IMG/VR virus record: IMGVR_UViG_3300005545_000008
Span: 7,529 to 71,528 of that record
Origin: a virus
Lineage: Duplodnaviria > Caudoviricetes
Strand: one strand, 5' to 3'
Length of the DNA: 64,000 bases
The number at the start of each line of letters is the position of its first letter. Position 1 is the stretch's first letter. Positions 23,565-33,148 of the stretch are shown piece by piece. The notes beneath the pieces were generated by a model. That model was not told where the DNA came from, made no database searches, and worked only from the letters and a program-made list of their open reading frames with translations. Both the position numbers and the translations under genes were made by a program.

Positions 23565-24548
23565 ATGGATATCAGTTTTTACTGTGCAGAAGGAGACAGA
23601 CACCTAAATGGTGGTTATGGTGTCGCTTCATATGGAATTACTACTTCTTTACAAAAATTAGGACATCAAGTTTATTTAAACTCTAGAAAACCACCAGTTC
23701 AACTCTTTTTTAGTTTTCCCAGCTTTTATTCAGATTTTATAATTAAGAAACAACATAAAATCCACTTACTTGTATGGGAGTCTACAGAATTTCCAGAGGG
23801 GTGGCAAGAGATACTTGAAGAAGTAGACGAGATATGGACTGCCTCTGACTGGTGTAAACAAATGGTAGAAGCTAATGGTTTTAAAGTTTCTCAAGTTTAC
23901 CCACATGGAATTACAAGACAATGGAAACCGCTTAAAAGGAAGCCTCAAAATAAATTAAAGTTTCTTCATGATGGTGAACCAGCAGTACGTAAAGGTGGGC
24001 AATTGGCCTTTGATGCCTTCAAGGCAGCATTTGGTGATCAAGATGATGTAGAGCTGACAATTAAAGCTAAAAGGTCATCAAATATTAGAAAATACGATCT
24101 ATATGGTTCAATAATCGGGGTCCCAGATGGTAATGTCAAAATCAGACCAGCCATCTTAGACATAGAGCAGATGCCTAGTCTATACCATGAACACCATGTA
24201 ATGGTATGTCCATCGTTTGGGGAAGGTTTTGGGCTCCCAGCATTACAAGGTCTGGCAACAGGCATGCCAACCATTGCAACATCAGAATGGGCACATTATA
24301 GAGATTATCTGGGGGACTTGGGAGTAGAATCACAGTATGTAGATTCCCCCTGGCCACTTGTACATCCTGGCAAAGTAATCAAGCCTGATTTCGATGATCT
24401 TGTCGATAAGTATAGATTTGTCTATGACAACTATGATAGTCTGAGCAGCAAGCACTTCAACCAAGCCTTCGATATACATGAAGAATATGATTGGTTAAAA
24501 TTGACAGAAAATTCTTTTAGAAATGTTACAGAGCAATTTGGCTCATAA
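23565..24548 (+). CDS. GT-B (family 4-like) glycosyltransferase
   Basis: WESTE.P..W, RKGG, PSFGEGFGLPALQGLATGMPTI motifs. Confidence 0.88.
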   Translation: MDISFYCAEGDRHLNGGYGVASYGITTSLQKLGHQVYLNSRKPPVQLFFSFPSFYSDFIIKKQHKIHLLVWESTEFPEGWQEILEEVDEIWTASDWCKQMVEANGFKVSQVYPHGITRQWKPLKRKPQNKLKFLHDGEPAVRKGGQLAFDAFKAAFGDQDDVELTIKAKRSSNIRKYDLYGSIIGVPDGNVKIRPAILDIEQMPSLYHEHHVMVCPSFGEGFGLPALQGLATGMPTIATSEWAHYRDYLGDLGVESQYVDSPWPLVHPGKVIKPDFDDLVDKYRFVYDNYDSLSSKHFNQAFDIHEEYDWLKLTENSFRNVTEQFGS

Positions 24549-24573
24549 ATAGAAGTGGTATAATCAAAAGACG

Positions 24574-24945
24574 ATGGAAGAAGAATCAAAACTTTGTTAT
24601 TTGTGTGAAAGGACTTTAAATTTAACTGAATTTCACAGCAAAAGACGAGAGTGCAAAGACTGTTCTAAAGGTTTAAAATTGTTCTATAGATATGGTATAA
24701 CTATGCTTCAATATCAAGAGCTATTGGAATCTCAGAATGGTGTTTGTGAAATATGTCAGCGAAGCCCAGAAGAAGTTGGAGTTTTAGCCGTAGATCATGA
24801 TCATAGGTGCTGCCCAACAGAAAAAACATGTGGAAAGTGCATAAGAGGACTTATATGTACCTGTTGCAATGTTTCCATCGGAAGATTTAATGATGATGTG
24901 GCTCGTTTAGAGCGTGCAGCGCAATATTTAAGAAATTATGCTTGA
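24574..24945 (+). CDS. Endonuclease VII-like nuclease
   Basis: YGIT..QY..LL..Q.G.C.IC...LAVDHDH.CC...CGKCIRGL.C..CN. Confidence 0.88.
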   Translation: MEEESKLCYLCERTLNLTEFHSKRRECKDCSKGLKLFYRYGITMLQYQELLESQNGVCEICQRSPEEVGVLAVDHDHRCCPTEKTCGKCIRGLICTCCNVSIGRFNDDVARLERAAQYLRNYA

Positions 24946-25003
24946 TTGGGACGGGGTGTCCAGGATGCCCTGTCTATTTTTATCTTTAAAAAAGGGGACC
25001 ACT

Positions 25004-26956
25004 ATGGTTAAAATTAATGAAAATGGATATTTAGATAATCCATACCAGCAATTTATGGCTACATCACGTTATGCCCGCTGGAATGACGAATTAGGTCGAA
25101 GAGAGACCTGGGTCGAAACAGTAGACAGATATATGACTTTTATGCGTGATCACTTAAAGTCAAACAATGATTACCTGATTGCAGATGAGGAATACAATGA
25201 GGTTAGAGAAGCAATTCTCAATCTACAAGTTCTCCCAAGCATGCGTGCGCTAATGACAGCAGGACCAGCATTGAAAAAAAATAACATTGCTGGATACAAC
25301 TGTTCTTATGTTCCTGTAGATTCTCCAAGGGCATTCGATGAGACACTTTATATCCTTATGCATGGTACTGGAGTAGGATTCTCAGTTGAGTCAAAATATA
25401 CAGAAAAACTACCCGTAATCGCAGATGAGTTTGAAGAGACTTCAACCATTATTGTTGTAGAGGATTCAAAAGAAGGATGGCAAAAATCCTTCAAGGAGCT
25501 TATTGCAATGCTTTATGCAGGAAACCTTCCTAAATGGGATGTTTCAAAAGTTAGAAAAAAGGGATCGAGACTGAAGACCTTTGGTGGACGTGCTTCTGGA
25601 CCGGAACCATTGGTTGATCTGTTCGAATTCTCAACAAAGCTTTTTCAGAAAGCCAGGGGACGCAAGTTAACAACTCTTGAATGTCATGATCTTATTTGTA
25701 AGATAGCAGATATCGTTGTTGTTGGAGGGGTCCGTAGAAGTGCGTTGATCAGTCTCTCTGACTTAAAGGATGATGAAATTGCTCGTTCAAAGGTAGGTGC
25801 TTGGTGGGAGGCAAATGGTCAAAGAGCATTGGCAAACAATTCAGCAGTCTATGAAACAAAGCCAAGTCTTGGAACATTCTTGAGGGAATGGACAACCCTT
25901 TATGACTCAAAGTCAGGTGAAAGAGGTATCTTTAATAGAGAAGCCTCAACAAAAGCAGCCGCGAGATCAGGAAGGCGTCAAACAGAAGGAATTGAATTTG
26001 GGACTAATCCATGTTCAGAAATTAATCTAAGACCATATCAGTTCTGCAATCTAACAACAATAGCAGCATATGCAGAAGATGATTTGGATACCTTACATAA
26101 TAAGGTACGTATCGCCTCGATTCTTGGCACTTGGCAGTCCACGCTGACTAACCTAAAGGGACTTAGGGCAATTTGGAAAAAGAATACTGAAGAGGAAAGA
26201 TTGTTAGGTGTTTCTTTTGCTGGAGTGTTTGGCAATCCATTACTTAATGGCACTAAGAAGGGCCTAGATCAGCGTTTGGAAGAATTAAAATCAACTGCTG
26301 TATATACCAATTCGATTCATTCAGAAAAAATAGGTATACAGGCATCTACAGCAATTACATGCGAAAAGCCAGATGGCAATAGTGGTCAATTCTTAGGTAT
26401 CCCATCTGGAATTCATCCAGATTTTTCACCTTTCTTCATCAGGACAGTAAGATCTGATAAGAAAGATCCACTCGGAAACTTTATGGCTGATGTTGGTGTT
26501 CCTCGTGAGGATGATGTGATGAATCCAGAAACTGGAGATGTGTTTTCTTTTCCAAGAAAAACAGCAAAAGGATCTATTACAAGAGAACAAATAACTGCTA
26601 TTGAACATCTAGAACTGTGGCTTACCTATCAGAGACATTGGTGTGAGCATAAGCCATCTGTAACAATTAATGTTAAAGAGCATGAATGGATTGATGTTGC
26701 AGCCTGGGTTTATAAAAACTTTGATGAGGTCACAGGTGTAAGCTTCCTTCCGTATTCTGATCATACTTACAGACAGGCTCCATACCAAGAGATTACAGAA
26801 GAAGAATATGTTGAGGCAATGAAAACAATGCCAGAGACTATTCCATGGGAATTGCTTTCTCATTATGAAGAAGACGATGCAAATGTAATCGGTGGTAGAG
26901 AACTAGCATGTAGTGCAAACACTGGTTGTGAAGTAGTAGACTTAACAAGCAAGTAA
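25004..26956 (+). CDS. nrdJ: Class II (adenosylcobalamin) ribonucleotide reductase
   Basis: GYNCSY, VGGVRRSA, TNPCSEI, C-terminal CSANTGC; AAAGGGG RBS before ATG 25004. Confidence 0.93.
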   Translation: MVKINENGYLDNPYQQFMATSRYARWNDELGRRETWVETVDRYMTFMRDHLKSNNDYLIADEEYNEVREAILNLQVLPSMRALMTAGPALKKNNIAGYNCSYVPVDSPRAFDETLYILMHGTGVGFSVESKYTEKLPVIADEFEETSTIIVVEDSKEGWQKSFKELIAMLYAGNLPKWDVSKVRKKGSRLKTFGGRASGPEPLVDLFEFSTKLFQKARGRKLTTLECHDLICKIADIVVVGGVRRSALISLSDLKDDEIARSKVGAWWEANGQRALANNSAVYETKPSLGTFLREWTTLYDSKSGERGIFNREASTKAAARSGRRQTEGIEFGTNPCSEINLRPYQFCNLTTIAAYAEDDLDTLHNKVRIASILGTWQSTLTNLKGLRAIWKKNTEEERLLGVSFAGVFGNPLLNGTKKGLDQRLEELKSTAVYTNSIHSEKIGIQASTAITCEKPDGNSGQFLGIPSGIHPDFSPFFIRTVRSDKKDPLGNFMADVGVPREDDVMNPETGDVFSFPRKTAKGSITREQITAIEHLELWLTYQRHWCEHKPSVTINVKEHEWIDVAAWVYKNFDEVTGVSFLPYSDHTYRQAPYQEITEEEYVEAMKTMPETIPWELLSHYEEDDANVIGGRELACSANTGCEVVDLTSK

Positions 26957-26963
26957 AATCACC

Positions 26964-26995
26964 AAAAAGAGGCACCCAAAAGGGTGCCTCTTTTT
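26964..26995. terminator. Bidirectional intrinsic terminator
   Basis: AAAAAGAGGCACCC-AAAA-GGGTGCCTCTTTTT. Confidence 0.9.
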
Positions 26996-27006
26996 GTTTG
27001 ATCAAC

Positions 27007-27034
27007 TTGACTTTTATCTGAATACGCCTACAAT
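27007..27034 (+). promoter_or_regulatory. Promoter for endolysin
   Basis: TTGACT-16-TACAAT; GAGAGG RBS downstream. Confidence 0.6.
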
Positions 27035-27061
27035 AGAAATAAAGAGAGGTGTATTTATTAA

Positions 27062-28210
27062 ATGGTATGGAGTCCAAATCATTCATCTAGAAATGGAGCC
27101 ACTGTAAAATATGTTGTAATTCATACAGCAGAAGGTGCAAGAACAGCAGCTTCTTTAGGTAATTACTTTGCCAACCCATCAGTTGATGCAAGTTCACATG
27201 TTGGAATTGACAATGGAACTATTGAGCAATATGTGCCATATGACAGAGCGGCATGGACACTATTAAATGGCAATCCAGTAAGTGACAACGCAGAATTGTG
27301 TGCATTTGCTAGATGGTCAAGAGATGAATGGTTTCAAAATCAAGGAATCTTAGATAGAGCAGCACAATGGATTGCTGATCGCTGTAGAGCGCGCGGTATT
27401 CCAATTAGAAAAATAACGCCCGGACAGATTGATGCGGGCTGGACAGGTGTTATCGGCCATGCTGATTGGACATATTCAGCAATTGGTGAAGGAGATCACA
27501 CAGATCCAGGACCTAACTTCCCTTGGGACTATGTAATAGCAAAAGCCCAAGGACTAAATCCAACTCCAGGTGGGGGCGGAACAGGTGGGGGTGGAGGACC
27601 AGTAACTGGCCCAGCAACCACATTCCCTCTTCCAAGAAGTGAATATTTTGGTCTAATAACAGGTCCAGATGAATCACATGGTGGATATGGAGCACAAGAG
27701 CAGGTTTGGGTAAAGCAAATCCAACAAGCTCTACAAGCTAAAGGATTTGCACCGAAAGATGCTGGTTGGGCTGATGGTGTTTATGAACAACCAACTGCTG
27801 ATGCGGTTGCTGCTTGGCAGAGAGCAAATATGCCAGGTACAACAAGATTCGGTGAAGTTTGGTGGGATGACTGGGAAGTATTGATTCAAGGAAAGAGCGG
27901 ATCAAATCCAGTACCAACACCACCAAGTAATGTTCCAGCATGGCCCTTGGCACGAGACCACTACTTTGGTTTGGTTACAGGTCCTAACGAGTCTCATGGT
28001 GGATACTACCAGAACGAGCGTCAGTGGATTAAATTAATTCAGCAGGCCCTGCAACGTAAGGGATTTGCCCCTAATAACCCAGGATGGGCTGATGGGGTAT
28101 ATGAGCAGCCTACTAAGGACGCTGTAGCGGCGTGGCAACATGCATCAATGCCAGGCACTACCAGATTTGGAGAAATTTGGTGGGACGATTGGGCAGAACT
28201 GCTTAAATAA
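27062..28210 (+). CDS. Endolysin: Amidase_2 domain plus two tandem peptidoglycan-binding repeats
   Basis: VIHTAEG, ELC, GH.D...HTDPGPNFPW; Gly linker; duplicated ~90-aa module (FG..TGP.ESHGG...IQ.ALQ.KGF...WADG.YEQPT..AV.AWQ). Confidence 0.93.
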   Translation: MVWSPNHSSRNGATVKYVVIHTAEGARTAASLGNYFANPSVDASSHVGIDNGTIEQYVPYDRAAWTLLNGNPVSDNAELCAFARWSRDEWFQNQGILDRAAQWIADRCRARGIPIRKITPGQIDAGWTGVIGHADWTYSAIGEGDHTDPGPNFPWDYVIAKAQGLNPTPGGGGTGGGGGPVTGPATTFPLPRSEYFGLITGPDESHGGYGAQEQVWVKQIQQALQAKGFAPKDAGWADGVYEQPTADAVAAWQRANMPGTTRFGEVWWDDWEVLIQGKSGSNPVPTPPSNVPAWPLARDHYFGLVTGPNESHGGYYQNERQWIKLIQQALQRKGFAPNNPGWADGVYEQPTKDAVAAWQHASMPGTTRFGEIWWDDWAELLK

Positions 28211-28281
28211 GATATAATATATGTACCGGTCCCGTTGGACGGCGGAAGTTCGTGTGAATTTCGACTATTGTTTAGGATACA

Positions 28282-28305
28282 AAAGAGGCCTTCGGGCCTC
28301 TTTTG
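28282..28305. terminator. Intrinsic terminator with cUUCGg loop
   Basis: AAAAGAGGCC-TTCG-GGCCTCTTTT. Confidence 0.9.
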
Positions 28306-28339
28306 CTTTATCTATTAATGGTTGTTATAATCAAATTAT

Positions 28340-28747
28340 ATGAATATAGAGGACAGAGTGAATCGCATGTCGATTGACTTGGAGAAACTTGTACAGAAGG
28401 CTGAGATATGGCAACTGTTATTTGATGAGTGCCCAATTGGAGTGGTGGTATTCACGGCAAATATGAAGTTCTTTCTAATCAATCCAGCATTTACAGAGAT
28501 GTCAGGGTATTCAATAGATGTCCTGGGGAAAGATATAAAAGAAATAATTCCATCTAGATTTAGAAAGTTTCACAGAAAAATGGAAAAGCAATATGCAGAC
28601 AGTCCAGAAAAGAAGGTCAATAGACATGGACTTGAGCCATATTTGCTCAAATCTGATGGAACTGAGATGAAAGTGGATATAGATTTATCATATATACAAT
28701 ATAATGCCAAGATATACTATGTGGCATTCATTAGAAGGATCACATAG
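28340..28747 (+). CDS. Stand-alone PAS-domain protein
   Basis: LFDECPIGVVV...INPAF.EMSGYS...LGKDI..IIP...H...KSDG.E..VDI.LS...VAFIRRIT. Confidence 0.85.
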   Translation: MNIEDRVNRMSIDLEKLVQKAEIWQLLFDECPIGVVVFTANMKFFLINPAFTEMSGYSIDVLGKDIKEIIPSRFRKFHRKMEKQYADSPEKKVNRHGLEPYLLKSDGTEMKVDIDLSYIQYNAKIYYVAFIRRIT

Positions 28748-28766
28748 GAGGTGTTATAATAACGAT

Positions 28767-29204
28767 ATGGCAAGTACTTTTACTATTCAATTACCAGCGG
28801 GTACAAATGTTACAAAATTAATAAACTTTCCTACGACAGGTTCGTGGTTAGGTGCTGTTGTTGTTTCTTGGGTAACACATACTACAAGTTTAACTGTTCA
28901 TGAAGCAATATTTATAAATGAATATGTTCCAGGAAATCCAAATGTAAAAGGATATAGGCATGTCAATTATGATGGCGTGGGACCGACCTTTGATAGTTGG
29001 ACACTTCCAGCAGAAACACGTATATGGAAGGTTATGTTCGCAGGAGAAACAATGTTTAAGCTAAGATATACATGTTCTAATGATGTTAGCGTTTCAATTG
29101 AAACAACTCAGACTAAATGGAATTCTGCAACATATCCATCATATTCAGCAACTCCGCCAACTCTATATAAGTATGATGGTAGATTAGAATGGGTTAATAA
29201 GTAA
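28767..29204 (+). CDS. Hypothetical beta-rich protein
   Basis: AGGAGG upstream; ATG 28767. Confidence 0.6.
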   Translation: MASTFTIQLPAGTNVTKLINFPTTGSWLGAVVVSWVTHTTSLTVHEAIFINEYVPGNPNVKGYRHVNYDGVGPTFDSWTLPAETRIWKVMFAGETMFKLRYTCSNDVSVSIETTQTKWNSATYPSYSATPPTLYKYDGRLEWVNK

Positions 29205-29212
29205 GTGATTAA

Positions 29213-30778
29213 ATGAGCAATTATGATAGAATCGCTATTTCTGATAAACCAGACCTATATTTTTCCTCGAATTCTTCAAGTGATCAGTCTGGTACCCTAC
29301 TTTATTCTCTGACTAATGGACTAAGTAACGTTGGACAACCAATCATCATCGGAAATCCATCATCTTGGAGAGTGTCCCCTACCGAATCATTGGTTATAGA
29401 TGATAATCCAATTTTCTTTAGATCAAATACTCATCTAGAAGTTGTAATTCAAATGATACAGCCAACTCAAACTGTATGTGTATTTGGTGATTCTTCAGAA
29501 TTTAATGGTATATTTCTAAGTCCAACCAGTGCAGAAATTAGATTTATAGATGCAGATTTAATTCAACGTTCAGCATCATTGTCATTTGATAAATGGCCAG
29601 AGAAGATGTACTTAACATTAGTATTTGATGAAACTTATTGCACATTAAGAATAAACGATAAGATAGCTCAAATAAGATATAGAGAGACTGATCCAGCATC
29701 TATTGCATCCATATCATTTAAGACTAGTAGCGGAAACACATATTACATTGATGGTCTTGGAGTATATTCTTCAAAATTCACAGAAAAGTCAGATTATATC
29801 AATGAGTTATATTTTGATTATCTAGATTTCATCAATAAGACTTTTTCAGCCACAGGAACACTTTTTGATGGATATAGAGAATTGTCAAGAAGACAGATAT
29901 CAAGTACACAATTTTTTCAAGATCCAGTGGATAGTGATTATTATGTTTATACTATGACATTTCCGCTGGGCAGTGATGAAGATTTCAGTTCAATATCTAT
30001 TGAGTCTAACTATAGAAGCATGGATATGCAGTATCAAACAAACGATGTGACTTGGGCATCTTTCGTTGGCCATGTATCTTTCACTCCATCCAGTGATTTT
30101 TTCTTATTACAAATAAGAGCAAAAACTGTAGATGTTCGTAGATCATTTATCTTAGATGTCTGCTCTACCTATGACGATAGAATCATGACACATAGTCCTG
30201 CAAAAATGACACCAAATGGTGGTCCACTTTATCCTGAGACTCATACGCTTTCTATTGTTAATTTTCCGGACGGTGTTGAACTATATAACATTTCATATCA
30301 GGGACAATGGATAGAATATATTCCCAATAGTGTAGAAATAGTCTTTATGCCAAAAGATTCGGGGAAGACTATTATCTTTGAAAGTTCTGATGGATCGGTT
30401 TCATGTGGTACTGGCGGATCAATCAGTGGATTTACAGCATATCTAAATGGTGTTCTTGTGACAGATTTAGATGATGTAAGATTAAATCAATGGAATCATT
30501 TAATAATTACCAAGATATCTACTGCTGCCAGTACATTTTATTTAAATAGCGATTCATCAAGAGCACAGCAAAATATCATAGAGTATTGCTTCTTGGCATC
30601 ATATCCATCTGTCTTATCACTTGGTTCTGCTTCTCAAGCATATGCAATAATTGGTGGATTTCATAAAGCATCAATTACAGAAAATCCATCAGATATTGTA
30701 GAGGGTGAACTAGATGGAGTATCTCCATTTAAGGCTTATACGTATGCATGGGCTATTATTGGTGGTGGAGGAATATAA
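29213..30778 (+). CDS. Beta-rich protein with LamG/concanavalin-like domains, possibly virion-associated
   Basis: YDRIAISDKPDLYF N-terminus; WNHLII; IDGLGVY. Confidence 0.6.
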   Translation: MSNYDRIAISDKPDLYFSSNSSSDQSGTLLYSLTNGLSNVGQPIIIGNPSSWRVSPTESLVIDDNPIFFRSNTHLEVVIQMIQPTQTVCVFGDSSEFNGIFLSPTSAEIRFIDADLIQRSASLSFDKWPEKMYLTLVFDETYCTLRINDKIAQIRYRETDPASIASISFKTSSGNTYYIDGLGVYSSKFTEKSDYINELYFDYLDFINKTFSATGTLFDGYRELSRRQISSTQFFQDPVDSDYYVYTMTFPLGSDEDFSSISIESNYRSMDMQYQTNDVTWASFVGHVSFTPSSDFFLLQIRAKTVDVRRSFILDVCSTYDDRIMTHSPAKMTPNGGPLYPETHTLSIVNFPDGVELYNISYQGQWIEYIPNSVEIVFMPKDSGKTIIFESSDGSVSCGTGGSISGFTAYLNGVLVTDLDDVRLNQWNHLIITKISTAASTFYLNSDSSRAQQNIIEYCFLASYPSVLSLGSASQAYAIIGGFHKASITENPSDIVEGELDGVSPFKAYTYAWAIIGGGGI

Positions 30779-30836
30779 TATTTATAAAAATGGTGACAAT
30801 TTGCCTCATTTTTATAAATATTGGTATAATCTGGTT

Positions 30837-31175
30837 ATGAAAAAGAATAAAAGTAAGATATCTGCGGTATCTGAAACTAATCTAGGTGTATATGTATGGC
30901 AATTGCCTGATGAAACATTTGTATCAGATGGTCAGGCAAATGTTATGAGTATCTCTGCTTTTAGAGGTGACTTGGCGGCAATTAGTGCAATAAGAAAAGC
31001 AGCAAATCATTATGGATTTGATGAGGGAACACCCGTCTTCCTGGAGGGTGCGAGAAAGATCACAGACGAAGAGCTTCAAGAACAGATATATAGAATGAAT
31101 GAAGGTCTAGTCCCTGACCCATATGATATTGGTGTTTATAAGGAAGAGATGAGAAATGCCAATAGAAGAAGATGA
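30837..31175 (+). CDS. Conserved hypothetical protein upstream of portal (probably leaderless)
   Basis: TTGCCT-18-TATAAT ends 6 nt before ATG 30837. Confidence 0.75.
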   Translation: MKKNKSKISAVSETNLGVYVWQLPDETFVSDGQANVMSISAFRGDLAAISAIRKAANHYGFDEGTPVFLEGARKITDEELQEQIYRMNEGLVPDPYDIGVYKEEMRNANRRR

Positions 31176-32739
31176 AGATAGCTTTAAGCAAAGTGAATTA
31201 GTTCATGCTTACAGATCAAGATCAGCAAAGCTTGTATACAAGGGCGACGATTCAGATTTTGATATATTTACGCAACCCGGCGTCAGAAAGATGCAAGGGC
31301 TTGATAAGAACTTTATCCGTAGAAAGGATAGGGAACTTTCAAAGGCGTATACAAATCAATCTGGAAAAGCCAAGTCAAAACAGATAAATGTTGATGACAT
31401 GTATGGCTATGATTATCTTGAATGTATTACTCCACCCTACAATATGGATTATCTAGCTAAACTATATGAAATCTCTCCTGCACATATGGCAGCTGTTGAT
31501 GCCAAGGTTGAAAGTGTATTTGGACTTGGATATGATTGGATTGAATCTAAGAAAACAAAATCAGCAAGACAAAAAGTGAGAACAGCTTCAGGACTTAAGT
31601 CTTTGGACAAGGCTGTCCAGGATGCCAGAGATAATATTGAGGTATGGCTTGAAGATTCTAATAAAGAAGATGTCTGGGAAGAAGTCATGCGTAAAGTTGG
31701 AAAAGATTATGAGACAATGGGAAATGCTTATGTTGAAATTGGCAGGGATAGCCAAGGAAGAATAGGCTATCTAGGACACCTACCAGCTAAGTATGTGAGA
31801 GTAAGACGTAATCGTGATGGCTTTGTGCAGATCTTTGGAAATCGAATTGCATATTTTAGAAATTTTGGGGAGAAGACTTCAAATCCCATAGGAAGCGACT
31901 CCAATCCAAACGAGGTTATTCACTTCAAGAAATATTCACCCAATGACAACTACTATGGCATTCCAAATATAATCGCTGCCAAGAATGCACTGGCAGGGAA
32001 TGAATTTGCTTCCAGATACAATCTTGACTATTTTGAGAATAAAGCAATTCCAAGACACGTTATTATTACGAAGGGTGCAGCATTATCAAACCCGGCTATG
32101 AACACTCTTGTTGAATTCTTTGAGACAGGTTTAAGAGGACAGCACCACAGAAGTGTCTATGTTCCCCTTGGATCAGTAGATGCAGAGATAGAATTTCATT
32201 CAATTGAAGCAGGCAAACAAGATTCCTCATTTGGAGACTTCAGGGAGTCAAATAATGAAGAGATCTTTATGGCCCATAGAATTCCATCCACACGTGCTGG
32301 AGTATTTAGTGGGAAGAGCACTTCTCTAGCAGCATCAAAAGATGCGGATAAGGTTTTCAAAGAATCATACTCACGACCAGAGCAGGCGATCTTTGAAAAG
32401 AAAATGAAGAGAGTTTTCAAAGAAATAACTGATATAGTTGAATTTAAACTCAACGAACTATCACTTGTTGACGAAGATACTCAATCTCAGATTGATGATA
32501 GAAATGTCAAAAATGGCACTTTGGTTCCTGATGAGGTTCGAGCACGTCGTGGACACCCAGCCCGACCAGACGGTAAGGGTAATGAGCCTATGGTTATGAG
32601 CGCTCAACAGCAGGCAGATGAAAAGGCAAATGCTATGAAGACAAGAGAGCGTGATACGCAAAGATCCAATAACACTTCAGATTCTGCCAATTCAAAAACT
32701 GGCAGGAATGCAAAGGGTGAAGGAAGGAAGACTCCATAA
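31156..32739 (+). CDS. Portal protein
   Basis: GNAYVEIGR, VIHFK...YYGIP, YFENKAIP, EEIFMAHRIP; first gene of the head module. Confidence 0.92.
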   Translation: MPIEEDEDSFKQSELVHAYRSRSAKLVYKGDDSDFDIFTQPGVRKMQGLDKNFIRRKDRELSKAYTNQSGKAKSKQINVDDMYGYDYLECITPPYNMDYLAKLYEISPAHMAAVDAKVESVFGLGYDWIESKKTKSARQKVRTASGLKSLDKAVQDARDNIEVWLEDSNKEDVWEEVMRKVGKDYETMGNAYVEIGRDSQGRIGYLGHLPAKYVRVRRNRDGFVQIFGNRIAYFRNFGEKTSNPIGSDSNPNEVIHFKKYSPNDNYYGIPNIIAAKNALAGNEFASRYNLDYFENKAIPRHVIITKGAALSNPAMNTLVEFFETGLRGQHHRSVYVPLGSVDAEIEFHSIEAGKQDSSFGDFRESNNEEIFMAHRIPSTRAGVFSGKSTSLAASKDADKVFKESYSRPEQAIFEKKMKRVFKEITDIVEFKLNELSLVDEDTQSQIDDRNVKNGTLVPDEVRARRGHPARPDGKGNEPMVMSAQQQADEKANAMKTRERDTQRSNNTSDSANSKTGRNAKGEGRKTP

Positions 32740-33131
32740 TGTTTGATAAGGCTGCTAGTAAGATGTTAAGTCCTATTAATACTGCTGCTGTAAGCATATT
32801 AGGATTCTTTAATATACTCATGGGCATCTGGATCTCATTACCATTTGATTCACTATATGCTCCAGATAGTTTTCCAGAATGGATAATAGCAGCCGGGATG
32901 CTAATAATTGGCACCTTTATAATAAGTGGCTCAATTAAAGAAATATATAGAACATTAATAATAGGGACACAATTGAGTTTCTATTACTGGTTTCTTGCGA
33001 TGGGAGGCCTACTGTTTGTAAATTGGCATGATCCGTCATGGATAGTAGCGTTGATGATAGCATCATATAGTTTATTCGTAGCTGTCAATATTAAAGTGAA
33101 CAAGGATAATTTGCCTTTTAAAAAACAGTAG
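32739..33131 (+). CDS. 4-TM membrane protein (holin candidate)
   Basis: Four hydrophobic segments, basic C-terminus. Confidence 0.55.
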   Translation: MFDKAASKMLSPINTAAVSILGFFNILMGIWISLPFDSLYAPDSFPEWIIAAGMLIIGTFIISGSIKEIYRTLIIGTQLSFYYWFLAMGGLLFVNWHDPSWIVALMIASYSLFVAVNIKVNKDNLPFKKQ

Positions 33132-33148
33132 TTTATAATCAAGCCATC

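Noticed and set aside
25004-26956. Intein or intron in nrdJ (also checked thyX, dnaB, portal)
   Set aside because: Lengths and motifs are continuous; the neighbouring HNH and EndoVII genes are free-standing.
27600-28210. Endolysin internal duplication as DGR template/variable repeats
   Set aside because: In-frame protein-domain duplication with synonymous divergence; no reverse transcriptase.
29213-31155. Terminase expected before portal
   Set aside because: No Walker A or nuclease motifs; the terminase must lie outside the window.
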